Below, piece after piece: positions 39,190 through 52,314 of a stretch of 64,000 nt of DNA. Source of the stretch: Blasia pusilla (Eukaryota); assembly GCA_050084515.1 (NCBI GenBank), contig CM114271.1, forward strand, positions 23,498,001 to 23,562,000. Direction: 5' to 3'. A program made the translations under genes and the position numbers. Under the pieces are notes generated by a model, which saw nothing but the letters and a program-made list of their open reading frames with translations, had not been told where the DNA came from and did not search any database. Each line of letters starts with the position of its first letter. The first letter of the stretch is position 1.

Positions 39190-40729
39190 TAGGTGGGGAT
39201 GGAGGGATGAGAGGTTAGGGTCTCGTTTGTAGTATATTAAAGGATTTGAGATAAAACCTTTAATTTAATATGAAGGGGTTGGATCCTTGGTTCCCAATTG
39301 TTGGGAAGCTTGGCCATGTTTAATTCCTGCCAAGGATGTGAATGTGGGATATAGGGAGTGAAGACAGGAGTACCAGAACTTAAGAAAATTGTCAAATGGA
39401 TGATCCTTGGCTCCCAAGTGGTGGGAGGCTTGCCAAATTCAAACCCTGCCAAGAAAGAAAGTTGAGATAGGGACTTTGGAGAGTTATGATCATTGGTGAA
39501 GTTTCTATAGGATCCAAGTTATGCAAAGGAGGTCGGGAAAAATTTCAGCCGGTTATTCTGAAAATGAGCCAGAAATTGGCTGGGACCTTTCAAAAGAATA
39601 GGAAATGTGCTATTTAAATTTTTAAAATTTCAGAAATTTACTATAGCAAAATCAAAAACATCAGAAATTTACCGCCTATTTTAAAAACTATCTTCCATTA
39701 CCGATTGAAATTTGGGAAAATCCGATTCCGAACGGGAAAAAATGTTAACTAGCTGGTTCCCGGGAAAAAACTCCCCGGACCTTGCCTCCGACTGCACTTT
39801 CCAGCTCGATTCTAGCTCCTCCCTCCTCCGCTCGCACCTCGTTCACCACTTCCTGCCCTCCTCCATAGCTCAACCCTCCCCTCCCTACCCTTGCTCTCGA
39901 GCACTCACCACCTCACTGCACTACCTCTCTAGATTGATCCTCGATCCCATGTCTTCCTCTTGCCTCCGACATCCTTGGGTTAGGCAAACATGAGGGTTAG
40001 GCAGGCCTGCCCGCCTAACCGAAGGATGAATAGGTGCGAGGGATGAAAGCCATAGATAGCCACGGCCTTGCATTTAAGGCCGTGTAAAGTAGGCCTTTGG
40101 CTTAGGTGGTTCGGGAAGCGTTTTAGGCACGATAATAAGTGTGGATCAACGGATACAGCAGGCGGATATCGCAGCGTCGGACGGACGGAGGGCGTTTAGG
40201 GTTCGATCAATGAACGGAGGTGGGCGGACCAGGCCGGATTCATCGAGGTGGGCGGAGCGTTGAGGTTGCAAGCTACAACTTTTCTTTTCACTCGTTTGCT
40301 CCGAAACCTCGTCTCCCGCGTCTAAGCGTAATTTTTGGAGTTCGTTCTCGAATATGCTCTTTGTTGCGGATTCGGGATTCTCTGTCATGGATTTTGGATT
40401 CTCGATGTGCATGGTCACAGCTATCACTTCCTGAGAGTGACTCGGTTAGGATCGGGAGATCTTTCGTTCAATCTAAGCTTTGCACTTGTCTTCGTGGTTA
40501 GCTCCTTCGTTCGGGAGGCGCTTTAGTGTCGAATGTCTGCCCTTTAATCGTGTAATTAAGGTTCGGGGTGTGGAGTTATAGTTGATTGGGTGATTCAGAA
40601 TTTTCTTCTTGGAATAGTACGTGTTGGGTTTCTCGAGTGGTAGTTTATATGCTCTCTTTTTTTTCCCGCTTGCAAGGTCTCTGTAGTTTCAAGTTATTTT
40701 AGCCTTTCCCATTTGTGAACAGTTTCAGA

Positions 40730-43700
40730 CATGGTGGGCATCCCATTGTTCCGGTGACTCCCACATCTATCCGATTCGTGCTCGTTTAATGAGATGCCCA
40801 TGTTTTGATTTATGCTCCCCGGCCGCTTCTAAAGTGGATATGGTTTCTGCTACAGTGTTTTTGGTTTACATCATTGTCAATACCCTGGCTTGGAGGCCGA
40901 AATTCTACTAATGTGAACGTTGTCTTCATCTTATAGATCGCTAGAGCCATGGTGGTCATTGTCGCACCTTAGAGCATCCCCGAGGGATAGCTCCATTGAC
41001 TCCAACAGAAGCTGTACCGTCCGGTATGTGTGCACTTTACAAAAAATCCTTCATGTCCTTGAGTGTTCCTTAAGACATAAATACCATGAGCACCAACTGT
41101 ATCCACAGCCTTTGGCAGCTGCCTCTTTCATAATTTTGGATCACTTGATCATATGGTGGTAAAGTTTCAGAAGCAGGGTCAAAAATAGACCCTCTCAAAC
41201 AACAGAGACTATCATCATCCACGTGCTTCTGAACTCCTTTGAACAAAGCCAGAGTAATACCTATGTGCCTCTTGGCCACGTTTATATTTGCAAGTGGTTA
41301 GTAACCCTTGTGCAATCTAATTCTTTGAAGTTTTAAGCATTTCATGTTTGTTGGAATCCTGATGCTGAGCTCATTTGCAATTCATGCAGGGTAGCGTTGC
41401 GCAGTCAAATTTCTTGCTGCTATCAAATCTGCCACTACTATCGACCTAGGTCTTGAATGTGAATTTGCCTTGAGTAGTCCTAAGTTGTAGGACTTGTAGA
41501 GTACTACGTACCACATCATGTCCAATATCGCCCAGTTCTTAGATGTAAGTGGGATGCAGAATTTGAATATGTTAGTTAGGAAACTTGAAAATGTTACATG
41601 TTTCTTGTCCGGCAATCAAGGGTCGGTTGAAACATGGGCGAGCCCCATCATTCATACAAACTCATTCCCTGATTTCTATCTAGCAGATATTATTTGCAAG
41701 CGCACACACCTACTATCCACTAATTATTTGGATGATTGGATCATTTTAGGGTTCCCTCTAGATACATACCATTGCATAGAACATGCAGCTAGGGATGTTG
41801 GGTACCACATGGCTTTCAATTCGAAAGCAGGGTTGGTTGGAAATCACATATGGTTTCACTCCTATTTCCAAAAAAGAGGACAAACTGAGTTTGTTGTAGT
41901 TGGTGACGAGGGAGGTAAGACGACAGCCCACAAGATTCCAAACATCAAGAATCTGATGGAGGCATCAAAAAAGAACATGGTATCAAAATTAGTATGCACT
42001 ATCCGATTAAAGCGGAGGTTAAATGCCACAGAGGATGTAGATGATAGCAACAACGTCCCTTGGGTAATTGGGGTCATTCCTAAAAGGGTTTACCTTATCG
42101 ACCATACTGACATTGATGATCAACTACACTTGTAAAAGGACCAACATGTGGATTTATCCGAAGTTATCAGCTCCTTGGCCATTCTGAATTTAGTTTGGAG
42201 TAAGCTCTTTACGTCTTTTATTGAATTCATCCTCTTTTTACATACATGTTGTGTTCTTTGGTAGACTGAATTCAATAAACTGACTAATCAGGTGTGCTTT
42301 ACTCTCCTTGCAGGTGGAGGACAATCTTTTGCATCTTGAAAACCCACAAGTGTCACCTTAGGAATGGTTAGGAGATTTAGGGTTTAGGATACCTTTTTTA
42401 GACCTAGTTCTTATCGTAAACCATATACCAAACTACCTACATATAGATCTTCAATATAGGGATAGTATTTATGTAAGTTGACAACTCCAACTAGTCAGAC
42501 AATCATGAACAATCCTCACGTCTACCTTTTGGATGACTTGTTTGGGCGATCATGGGCAAGCCTGACGTCCTAGGAATACTGGTATTCCGAATGGAAAATT
42601 TTTATTGCCCTGCGTCTAGCTCTTCCTTTTTTATTTAGTTTGATATTTACCAAAGAGCACATAAGCCTAAACCAGATATGCGTATGCTCTCATCCGGAAA
42701 AAAAAAATCCACCTCAGAGAGCTGATATTCAAGGCATAGAAGATGATGATGAAGACGAGGGTAAGCATGGTTAGAACTATGTGATTGAATTATAGATAGA
42801 ACATGATCCACTTTGCTGGTTTTGCTCTTAACAATCATAATCTCTCTCATCCACTGTCTTGTCACGTACTCTCTATGCAGGGACTCACACACATCCTTCT
42901 GCTACCAAACTCAGACTTAGAGGCACAGTCTTGCAATGTTGGGCTAATCGGAAAAGGCAGGAGAAGAATGTTGTCCTCAACAAAGCTAAAGACCATGCGA
43001 GAAGGGCTATCGGGCCCTATGTCCCCATGCCTGCAATGACTGATCTGCTGATTGCATTTGAAGCTCATCAAACCCCAGATTTCCAACAAACCTCCTGGGC
43101 ATGCTTAGCCAAGGTGGAGGAGTTTGAGAAGGCTAGGGAGGAATTGGAGAGTGCTCTAGCGAGCCCTACAACCATAGTGAGAGGATGGATAGAGGCCAGT
43201 CAAAAGCTTCTCCCTTCCAGCATCCCTGCTGATAGGGTACATCGTGTGACATACTAGAGATTTCGTGTCGCGTTCCACCACTGATCTGTTGTGTGAGTGA
43301 TGGATACGCAAGAACCATTTCGATGGGATGCCGGTTTAGAGACTAGAAAACAACAAGTTGAGTAGTCTCTTGCAGTATTAGATGGATGCGCTAAGCGCAT
43401 CGGCATGCCTGGTTCATCAGTGAGCAATACTACCTCCCTCGATACAAGTATAATTACCGGATTTGGAAAGAAGCCAATAAACCGTTGATACTAGAAAAAA
43501 TGAGAGAGAAAGTGACATGTATGTGTGTGGATGGAGTTGGCTGCAGCCATGTGGATGATGTGTCTAGGGTACAATCGTGTCCTTCCATTCTAGTCATTGA
43601 ATTATCCCTCTCCATTGAAATTGCACTAAGTTGGTACATTCTATGCATGGTATCTACTCTTGTGCATTTCATATGATTGGAATCTTTGTGTACATGTGTG

Positions 43701-44700
43701 TAGGGAGGTGTGGATATTGAGATTGTGGACTCCATTGACTCACACTTTGTAGAAGATGGTCACCGGACTCCAATATCCACTGGAACACCCAAGATGGAGG
43801 CGAGGTTGGTTAGGCCTCACGTAGAGACTGTATACTCGGATGATCTAGAGCAGCCAATGGACTCTAACATCGTGCACCCACGGAATCAAAGATAGACCTC
43901 TAGATCCGGTAGGTCCATTAGGGAAAAATCTTCTAGGGTCACACGTGATACAAGGAAATCTCCTCGCCTTCATCCTGTATTATCCAGTGCAGGCCAAGGA
44001 TCCCGTGGATACCGTAAGTCATCTAGCCCCGACCAAGTGGTGGTGCAGGCTAAGCCTACTGTGAGATTCGAGTATCCTACGGGAAAACTAAAGAGTCCTT
44101 GAAAAGGAGGAGAAGGATCATGCTGGCCGAAATGAAGAAGAAGACGGACTTAGAGACGGGTTTGCAGATATACAACAAAAAGAATTCTAAACCCTTTCAG
44201 AAACCACTTTTTTTTTTTAAGACTTGTACTTGCCTCACACATTCATGTGGCTTTTCAGCAGGTGCCGACGGGAGATGGACATCTTGTAGCGGGTGCCGTG
44301 AACTTGGACAATGATGGCTTGCTTAGCAGAATTGACCAGGTTGTGTTTCATCCCCTTCAAAATTTATTGTTTGAAGCATTAATGATCTTCAAAATCTGCA
44401 ATATACGATGATGATTTAGGGCTGGAACACTTGGGCTAGTAATTAGGGGGGAGGAGATGGACACATACAGCTAGGGGTAGCGCTGCCAAGTCAAGACCCA
44501 GATGATGGTGTGGATGGTGAAGACTTTCATTCTACTCCGCTGCCCCTTTTCTCGACTCCGTCATTGCAAGCGTTTGAAATGGAAACTTTGTCCACAAGTG
44601 GAGCTCCGTCAAGACGACATTAGAGCTATGGCTTCATCATGCAATGACATGAACCAAGATAACAGGCCTCTAAAACTTAAATCACATTTTTTCTAGACTA
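40730..44700 (+). pseudogene. Decayed multi-exon accessory gene (or genes) of unknown function inside the Mutator element, convergent with the transposase
   Basis: Phase-1 GT-AG exon chain ~40937-41023, 41171-41296, 41390-~42199 (includes the 205-aa ORF 41518-42135). Further exon-like blocks at ~42315-42367, ~42881-43447, ~43704-44150. Reading frame is broken mainly by TAG/TAA/TGA point stops. Confidence 0.65.
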
Positions 44701-44955
44701 TAGAGATATTTTGAACCTACTCACATTTGAAAATTTACATGTGTTGATACATTGTGTGTAGTTCAGTTGGCTATTGGAAATTTTTCAGACTCTATATAGG
44801 ATCAGACTTTTTTTGGGGATGAACCTACTACGTGCAGCCTGCCAGGTACTTGTAGATATAGAGTGCACCCGCGCCATGTAATGTTTTGAATTTATTGATG
44901 GATTGAAGGAGTTTCTAACCAAATGCTGACACAAATTTTGTGGGAATGTTCATCA

Positions 44956-45195
44956 GGGGCTATCGGTATAAGATCTACATGAGGGGCTATCGGTATAACA
45001 TGTACATTGGGGGCTATTGGTCAAAAAATTTTGTTCCTTATGGGATGGGGGCTGCTTTAGTTTGTTTGTTTTGCAATTTTGCAGATTTTCCTTGAGAACT
45101 ACAACAGGGGCTATCGGTCGGACAATTTTGTTCCTTATGGGATGGCGGTTGCTTCAGTTTGTCAGTTTTGCAGACTTTCCTTGAGCACTACAATA
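44956..45195. repeat. Direct-repeat array between the two convergent Mutator genes
   Basis: GGGGCTAT(C/T)GGT at 44956, 44983, 45010 and 45107, plus a ~95-bp imperfect tandem duplication (45010-45106 / 45107-45195). Confidence 0.9.
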
Positions 45196-46420
45196 GGTTA
45201 GACAATCTTATTTTTGTAACTTCATAGGATAGGGGCAATTACGGTGTCCTTGTATTTATGTTGGTATGCCCTAAAGCTGAACCTGTTTATTTGTTTTGTG
45301 CACAAGAGGGATCTACGATGGTAACGAGGGAAGGATGGAAATGTTCTATCCTAATCCGTTGCCCGAGGGGTAGATGTAACTTAAGAAATCCCAATATGAG
45401 TGTTCAATTGGAGAGAAGTCTGGTTGGAAGGATAGGAACCATCAGGAATGTGGATTTCACATGTACTCTGCAATTGCCTCTACTTTTAAACATTTTGAAG
45501 TGCATATTGTGAGTTGTGTTGTGTACATTGTGCGTTTGTCATTTTCACACACTTCTCGCATTCAACCAATCGAAGCAACTCCTGTCGACAATCTGTTTTT
45601 GTATGTTTGGTTTGTTACCGATAGCCTTCTAGATTTTTGTAAGTTCTAAACATAGCCTTGTACATATCCATGGATTCCGAACACTGTTTGTGAGGTGCTC
45701 AAGAAATGAACATTGGAGCTGCAATGTTCATCTTGCATCTCTTTCGTTTCACTACATATTACCGCATTTGCATATTATAGACAAGTCGTTGTTGCACTTC
45801 AACATTATTTAATGTAGTTTCACATGCTTCATTTAGCGACAAATTTAGGTTTAGGGCTGTGATTGGGTCGGGGCCGCTAAAACTTTACAAAGAGGGATAT
45901 GGCTCGAGGGTAGGGTTGGGAGCGCGTCTGAAGCATTTTTTTCTAGTCAAGACTATCTCCCCTACTTACAACTACTTTAGAGGAATCTCTATATGACCAG
46001 AGTGGCGGTGTTTTGCCTACATGTGTGGAACTGCTGCCCGCGCGCCGTGGTTATGCCTCTACGGTGTGGAACACGACGTAGTATAATTGCACCCCCTTTG
46101 CATGGTTATGCCTCTCCGGTGTGGAATCGCGTGGTATCGCTGCCCGACGTAGTTATAAAGTGCATTAATGATCTTCAAAATGTCCATGGGATCCGTCAGA
46201 GCTGCCAACGCGGTAGAAACTAGGTAGGTAACCAGACATAATTCAAAAGTTTCTATTCAAGAATGCACACCATAATAAGGGATGAACATATGTTTTCATG
46301 TATTCAATTAAAAAACATACAAAAGACTTATCATGTGTTTCCGTGGAACACCTCCTGCTTGGTGTTACTGGGACTTTACAACGCTATACTTCAGAGTATT
46401 AAAGGAGATTCAATTGGCTT

Positions 46421-49400
46421 TCATAGAAGAGTTTCATCTTGAGAGTCTAAGATAATTATGGCGTGTTCGTTGGTTTTCCTAAAGCTCCAGGGTGTAATTC
46501 TATATCTTTTGGACAAGTCAGTAAGGCTATCAAGCATAATATCCACTTTTGTCCTCTCTGAAACACTGGCACACGTGTAAGTACCATGAGGTGTGGTGTT
46601 TACCAAAGGCCATTGGGAATCTACGTTTAAGCCATGGGATGGATTCTCATCAACTTGGCTCAATAGAGCCAGTAGGTCCAAATTAATACATGCCTCTCCT
46701 TCCATTTCTGCCTCCATGTTCAAAAGCTTAGTTTTCCTCACTCTGTGGAAGGATTCCACTTGGTGCTCTTCAAACCTCCGTTGAGTTGTAACAGGATTAT
46801 GAGACCTTTGTTTTAAATGCATGTGGTCTAGCCAATTGAGGCGCCTACGCAGGCTACGGTTCTGTCCAGTATTCCCCACAAACGGCTCATGAAAGTGTGT
46901 GGCAATGTCATTAGCATTACCTTTAACATAAGTGTTAGTCTCTACCCTGGCCTTGAGGTTCAACACTGACCCTAAATCCTTCTGCACTAGTTGGAACAAG
47001 TGTTCAAGGAGCATATATGAGAATGGAAGCCCAAGGGTAGCATTTAGGCATTTCTCCATGATGTCTTGAACATCCTTGGTGGTGGTTTTTGGTGAGAGAT
47101 CTCTTCCCATAGGTTCAGCAAGCACATGGTCTTGTCCCTCATCCACAATATCTCCATCTTTGTCATGCTGATCTTCTTCATGTAATTCATCCTTGTGTGG
47201 CTCTTGCACCAAATTTTCAAACCCCCGCTTTGCTTCCAAAGCGAGTTCCTAAGCAAGACAACAAGTGAACTTCTGTGTGGCCATACAGAAGAAGACATTT
47301 TACCTGCAAACGCAGTGTGTGTTAAAAAAGAGGGAATTCAGCTTGTTGAAATCTGATGTAAATACCCTAAATCGCATCAAAGTTGTATGAAGACAGACCT
47401 GATGTTTACAAGTGAAGCCTTCGTCGGCACAAGGGTTTGTACAAGCAGCATCTTTTGTATCGTAGTCGACCACATCATGCCAAACATCTGGCTTTGAAGT
47501 ACTTTTCACCTTCGCACATTTCCTCCCATTTACCAATTCGAATGTGACATGATTATCCGGTATGTCATTTGCCCTTTTAATTGCCATGAGCATAAATTTT
47601 TTTATGCCTTGTTTCTCACCATGCCTTCTCGTTTCAAGAAGCCCAGGTACCAGAAGAAATCTTCTATTTCACCAGTGAGCATTTGCACAAGCCACATTAG
47701 TTCTCTTGTTGGCTTCGTGGGCATGTTGGACCTAGGTGCATCTTTAGAGTGTGGTGCTACCTTTCGATTGCAGCATTCGTATCTTGGTTGGACCTTGCGT
47801 GCTTAGGGTATCCCTTGGCCCAGTTAAAAAAATTTGGATGCCAGTAGCTTCCATATTACTTTGTGGAATATGGAAGCTACTGTGTCGTTTTGATCCAACC
47901 CACTTGCGTATGAATCGATAGGAGGCCTCGATGGGATCTGCGATGGCATATGCAAATTATTTATTAGTCATTGAACGGTATGTGGAGGAAAAAATCCATG
48001 AAAGAGAAAAACATGTAAGTGTACTATGAGTTTGATTGATGATATACCTTTATCACGTGAGTACATTAAACCACCCAAGTCTCTGTTCATGTCCGCTTTC
48101 GTAATTGGACAACGCACTCGTTGATGCAAATTCTTTAACCAATTCTTTCAAACATGCCATAGGCAGAGGTCCGTAGAGACACCTGGAAATACATTTCGGA
48201 TAGCATATTTTTCCTCTTTCGAATCATCCACAATGAAGCATGAAGGCTTCCATTCGGTTGCGTGTGAATCTTCCAGGCTTGAGTGTATATTCCTTTGTGC
48301 CCAGTCCTTGATTTGGGACAAGGTCTCCACCAAATCTTCATGTTGATGTCGTTGTAGGATTGCCCATACCAATGGCAGGCCATTCGGGAACTTATCAAAA
48401 CCCAGCATTGTGAATAATTGGTATTGTGAATAATTGGTATTGTGAACACAGATAACATAATGTTCAGAATAGAAGACAACTGAAAACAGGCACCATGGTG
48501 TACCTAAGAAAATTTCCACAAATTAGAATGCTTAGTGATAAAGATGAGGCATTGACTCACCTGTAAATGTCCATTGAAAGTAGTGGAAACACATATGTGA
48601 ATTATGTATATTCTGAACACACTCTACAGTAAGTTCAAAATTTCCAACATTTCAAACAGTCCTTAAGTAGGAGAATTTCCGGTTCCCTACTCCATGGCTC
48701 CATCAATTCTACAACATGTCTACAAAAAATGATAGGATCAAGGCCCACTAACCTCATAAGTGTTTGTGCCATGGGTTGCGTCCATGGAGATAGCTCCGCC
48801 GTTCCCTAGCTCTAAGAGATTCTGGAGCATCCAAGGTGTGAAAAGTACAAGGCAAAAGGACTGGTCAAACTTGGAAATAGCCTCCCTATAGTAAATTACA
48901 TTCTCAAGATGTGCTTGTACCCAGTGTTGAATTGCACTAGCATCATCGGTTATGTCATATCCCCCTTCTCGTCTTCACATATAATGCTTAATATTTACTA
49001 TGTCTTGAGGCTTGAGCATGGCGTCCCTACCCCACGCATGTTTTTGATTGGGGTTTTCACGGATGTGTATGCAAATTCACCTCCTATGCTCTTTCATGAT
49101 ATTCTTGGGGCTTACATTTACTCTTAACAAGCGCTCTACAAAATCCTTGCAGTGCAAACTTAGTTTCAGGGTGACAATTGCATTTTCAATATCTACTGTC
49201 TTATCTAAGTCATCATGGCATATCCGACCCTCCTTGTCCACATGGTTTGAATGAAAATGCCTTAACATACAGAAACCGACACGATCTACTGGATAGATAA
49301 CAACGAAGTGAAATTGGCATCCACGTCCTTGAGATACTCCAAGGCGTTTGCTCTGGTTTTCTGGCCTGCTACCCTTGCCCCCTATGCGACGAATGTTAGG

Positions 49401-49600
49401 TTCAAAGACCTCGTTGAGCAAAGATGTCCAACCGACCTCATACAATCATGCGGTCCATATGCGCACCTATATCGAATGGTAAGATTCTTGTGTCCTGATT
49501 TATCAATCTTACTAATTCGGAAAGTAGTCTGAAAATGGGTTTTGGATAGTATCACATTCTAATGTAGTGGAATCTTTTGTTTCACCATGATGACAGAGTG
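46421..49600 (-). pseudogene. MULE (MURA-like) DDE transposase with SWIM finger, intron-containing, decayed
   Basis: RGCQFHF...HSNHVDKEGRICH; AISMDATHGTN (D1); FIVDDS...LCLWHV (D2, CxxH); QDTNAAIER*HHTLK (E); SWIM-like CTNPCADEGFTCKHQ. Confidence 0.92.
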
Positions 49601-52314
49601 GATAAAGACTTCCGAGGGCTTTGAGAAGCTTCCAAGCACAAGAAGAAAACAAGAACACAATGAGGTATGTGTTCGGACCAACAGATTTTCTCCAAATTAC
49701 CCTTAGCACACGAAGCATGCATGGGGATTACTTAGTATCATTCATATATCATTGATATCATGGGTACCCTACCAGAGAGGTACACCATGATTTCAAATAT
49801 ATCAACTCATGTCTAGGAGAAGACTTCATCTCATCAAACGAAGGGCATAATGAGAAACCAGCTTCTACTCCCACTACAAGAGAAAATTTTTGAGGGATAG
49901 AGATACATACCTTGCAAATCATAGTACAAACCGTAGTCATGTAGAAGTTGAGCTCATTTGCTCGGCCTTCTTTATCCGAATGTGTGACTTTATTTTCTAC
50001 GTTTAGCCAATCCAAACACGCATTTCCAATGCCCGAACATCCTATCCCACGCTTTGAAATTAGGGACGGACGGAGTGTGATACGGAACGGAAACCTAAAC
50101 GGACGATATGCATCTCTTAACGATGGGACGAACAAAATCCGATACGGAACGCTAATCGGGTTCATCCCTTCATATCATATGCCAGAAATCCAGAACTGGT
50201 CTTCTATAATTCACGGTTATTACCGTGCCTAAAGCTCTGCCCGAACCGCGTGAGCCGCGGCTATCTATGGCTTTCGGCGAGGGACTCCATGGGATGTCAG
50301 CGAGAGCGGAGGTGAGAGAGGATATAATGCGCTTGTGCGTGTGAAGATCCGAGAGCGAAGGTACTCCCAGAAAGTCACTCGTCACAAGCGGATTATTAAA
50401 CTCATTTGTAAGGCCTTCCAAATACGATGAGGGAATTCGTTCTCCTCTTACCGAAATGGGGCCTGGAATTCCGTAAACATGCTAGACCAGAAGCTCCACC
50501 TATGAAAGGGCCCCGATTGCCCTACATTCCACCTATCTACGATGGGATAGCACATGTAGAATCGGTAGAGTGGTTAAGGTCGTCGCTGTTCAGGCGAGAG
50601 AAAGTAGGAGATTGTCGCATTGCCGACGTTTACTTCGGATGTCTGCGGAACAGTGAGCATTTCGAATCGGCTGAACAGATCTTGGTTCGCTTTGCAAGCG
50701 AGGCTCTCGGTTCTCCTCGTCCTCCAGACCTGGATTCTCTCAGTACAGTGAACGCCTACGCTGTCCAGCCCAGTTGTTTGCGATTTATGTCGGACAGCCT
50801 GCGCCAGAGAAAGAGACGGGACTGACTTTTTGCCTCCCGGGAAATGTGTAGCAGGACAAAGTTTTCTCTTGGCCCTGTACAATATGCGGAGAGGACTTTT
50901 CAAAGTTCGTCGACCTGCAAGGAACATGGCAGTTCACGGAGATGGCAACGCGATTTGGCGGCATTCTTTTCTGGTGGTACTGTAGTTTGACATCATCCAA
51001 GTAATCTGATGTCTCAGCAGTTGGCCCATTCCGAGAAATCTCGTATCTCCTGCGCTGGAGCAGTTGGCCCGTGATGTAGATCACCGTTGGCCTGTGAACA
51101 TAATGAAGACTTGCATGGATACGTCCCGAGGAGTCCGGAATCCACAGAGCCTGCAATTGTGTCCAGGCCAGTTCCAAGAGAACAGACCAAGTTCAAGAGA
51201 AGCTTCAGAGCCACATTTTACTGTCCCATCGTGTACGTTTGTATTTTATGAGTAACATATGAATCTATTTGCCAGATATCGTCAATTGGCTTTGCTGTCC
51301 TCTGGTTATGGCACACTCATCCACTGCTTGTGCCCATTGCTATTTGCCGACCATATCAATGTACCCATCAAGGCATCGTCGCTTTTCACTCGGTATGACG
51401 AGTTTTCATCCAGGCGACAAGCACCGGAGCCACTCCCATGTCCTCCCTCAGATCACAGTGGGCCCGGAGACTGCGAACATGTACGTACTACTGCGGAGGT
51501 CTGTTGACGAAGCAACTTGATCCACTTTCGATTGGAGCGATGCAAATGGTGAAGGCGGAGTGGACTGGGAACACATCTTAACTACACGTCACGGGTACAC
51601 TCTCCGTCAAGACTAGAATATGTCTCAAAACAGACAGAATACACCGAGGCAGTAGCATCCGGCCATTTATAAACGGAAATTCACCAGACAACATCGGCAG
51701 GACCAAGACGGGTAAGACACAAGTAGTGGGTGTCAAAGTTGCAAACTCTTTCATAACATAATCAGGACATATACAAGCTAAGCCTTCACAATACCTGTGA
51801 GATAAGGCTTGGCACTTCGATCTTAACAACTAATAGAGGTCAACCTTGGCTAGCTTATTCATGTGGCAAAGTTGCAAAATGCTTCGCAACTTTCGACATA
51901 AATACCGCCTTGGTCGCTACTGTCATACTGCTTCTCTGCACAGCCTCCCAGTAGCACCAGCAGGCGCTGAAGCTAGCTGATTTCTCTGGATGATCAAGTC
52001 GGCTTTGAATGGATTGTAAGGGCAAACTTCAAATGTACAAATCCGTTTCATTCTTACACTGATCTGAAGTCCTCTACGACTTCTCTGCAAAGACGAACTC
52101 ACTAGTCATATCGTACAAGAATTTCTAAACCTAAAATTTATCTACTTCGACAGAAGGAATTTTTCCTAATGGATATAACTCTATAGTGATGGCAAAACTA
52201 ATTGAAGTCTGGATAGTCAGCAGGCACCGGGCATCTGCAGCGCACTCACCATCGCTTGTAAGACTTCATTCGACCACCTCAGAAATAACTTAAGAGAGGA
52301 AGGAATCGCAAAAC

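Larger units (their letters stand above)
40045..50275 (-). mobile_element. Full-length (10.2 kb) Mutator-like element with TIRs and TSD
   Basis: Terminal gaaagccatagatagccacggc (40045) versus gccgcggctatctatggctttc (ends 50275), 21/22 identity. Second inverted block ggttcggg...ttaggcacg.taataa. 10-bp TSD tgcgagggat / ggcgagggac (8/10). Contains a MULE transposase. Confidence 0.92.

Noticed and set aside
41070-41279. Minus-strand ORF with an HxD motif suggestive of a TET/2OG-Fe dioxygenase
   Set aside because: No distal His/Arg motifs, and the plus strand has a phase-consistent spliced exon at the same place.
44956-45195. Repeat-spacer pattern resembling a CRISPR array
   Set aside because: Eukaryotic context, irregular spacing, spacers are themselves duplicated, and no cas genes.
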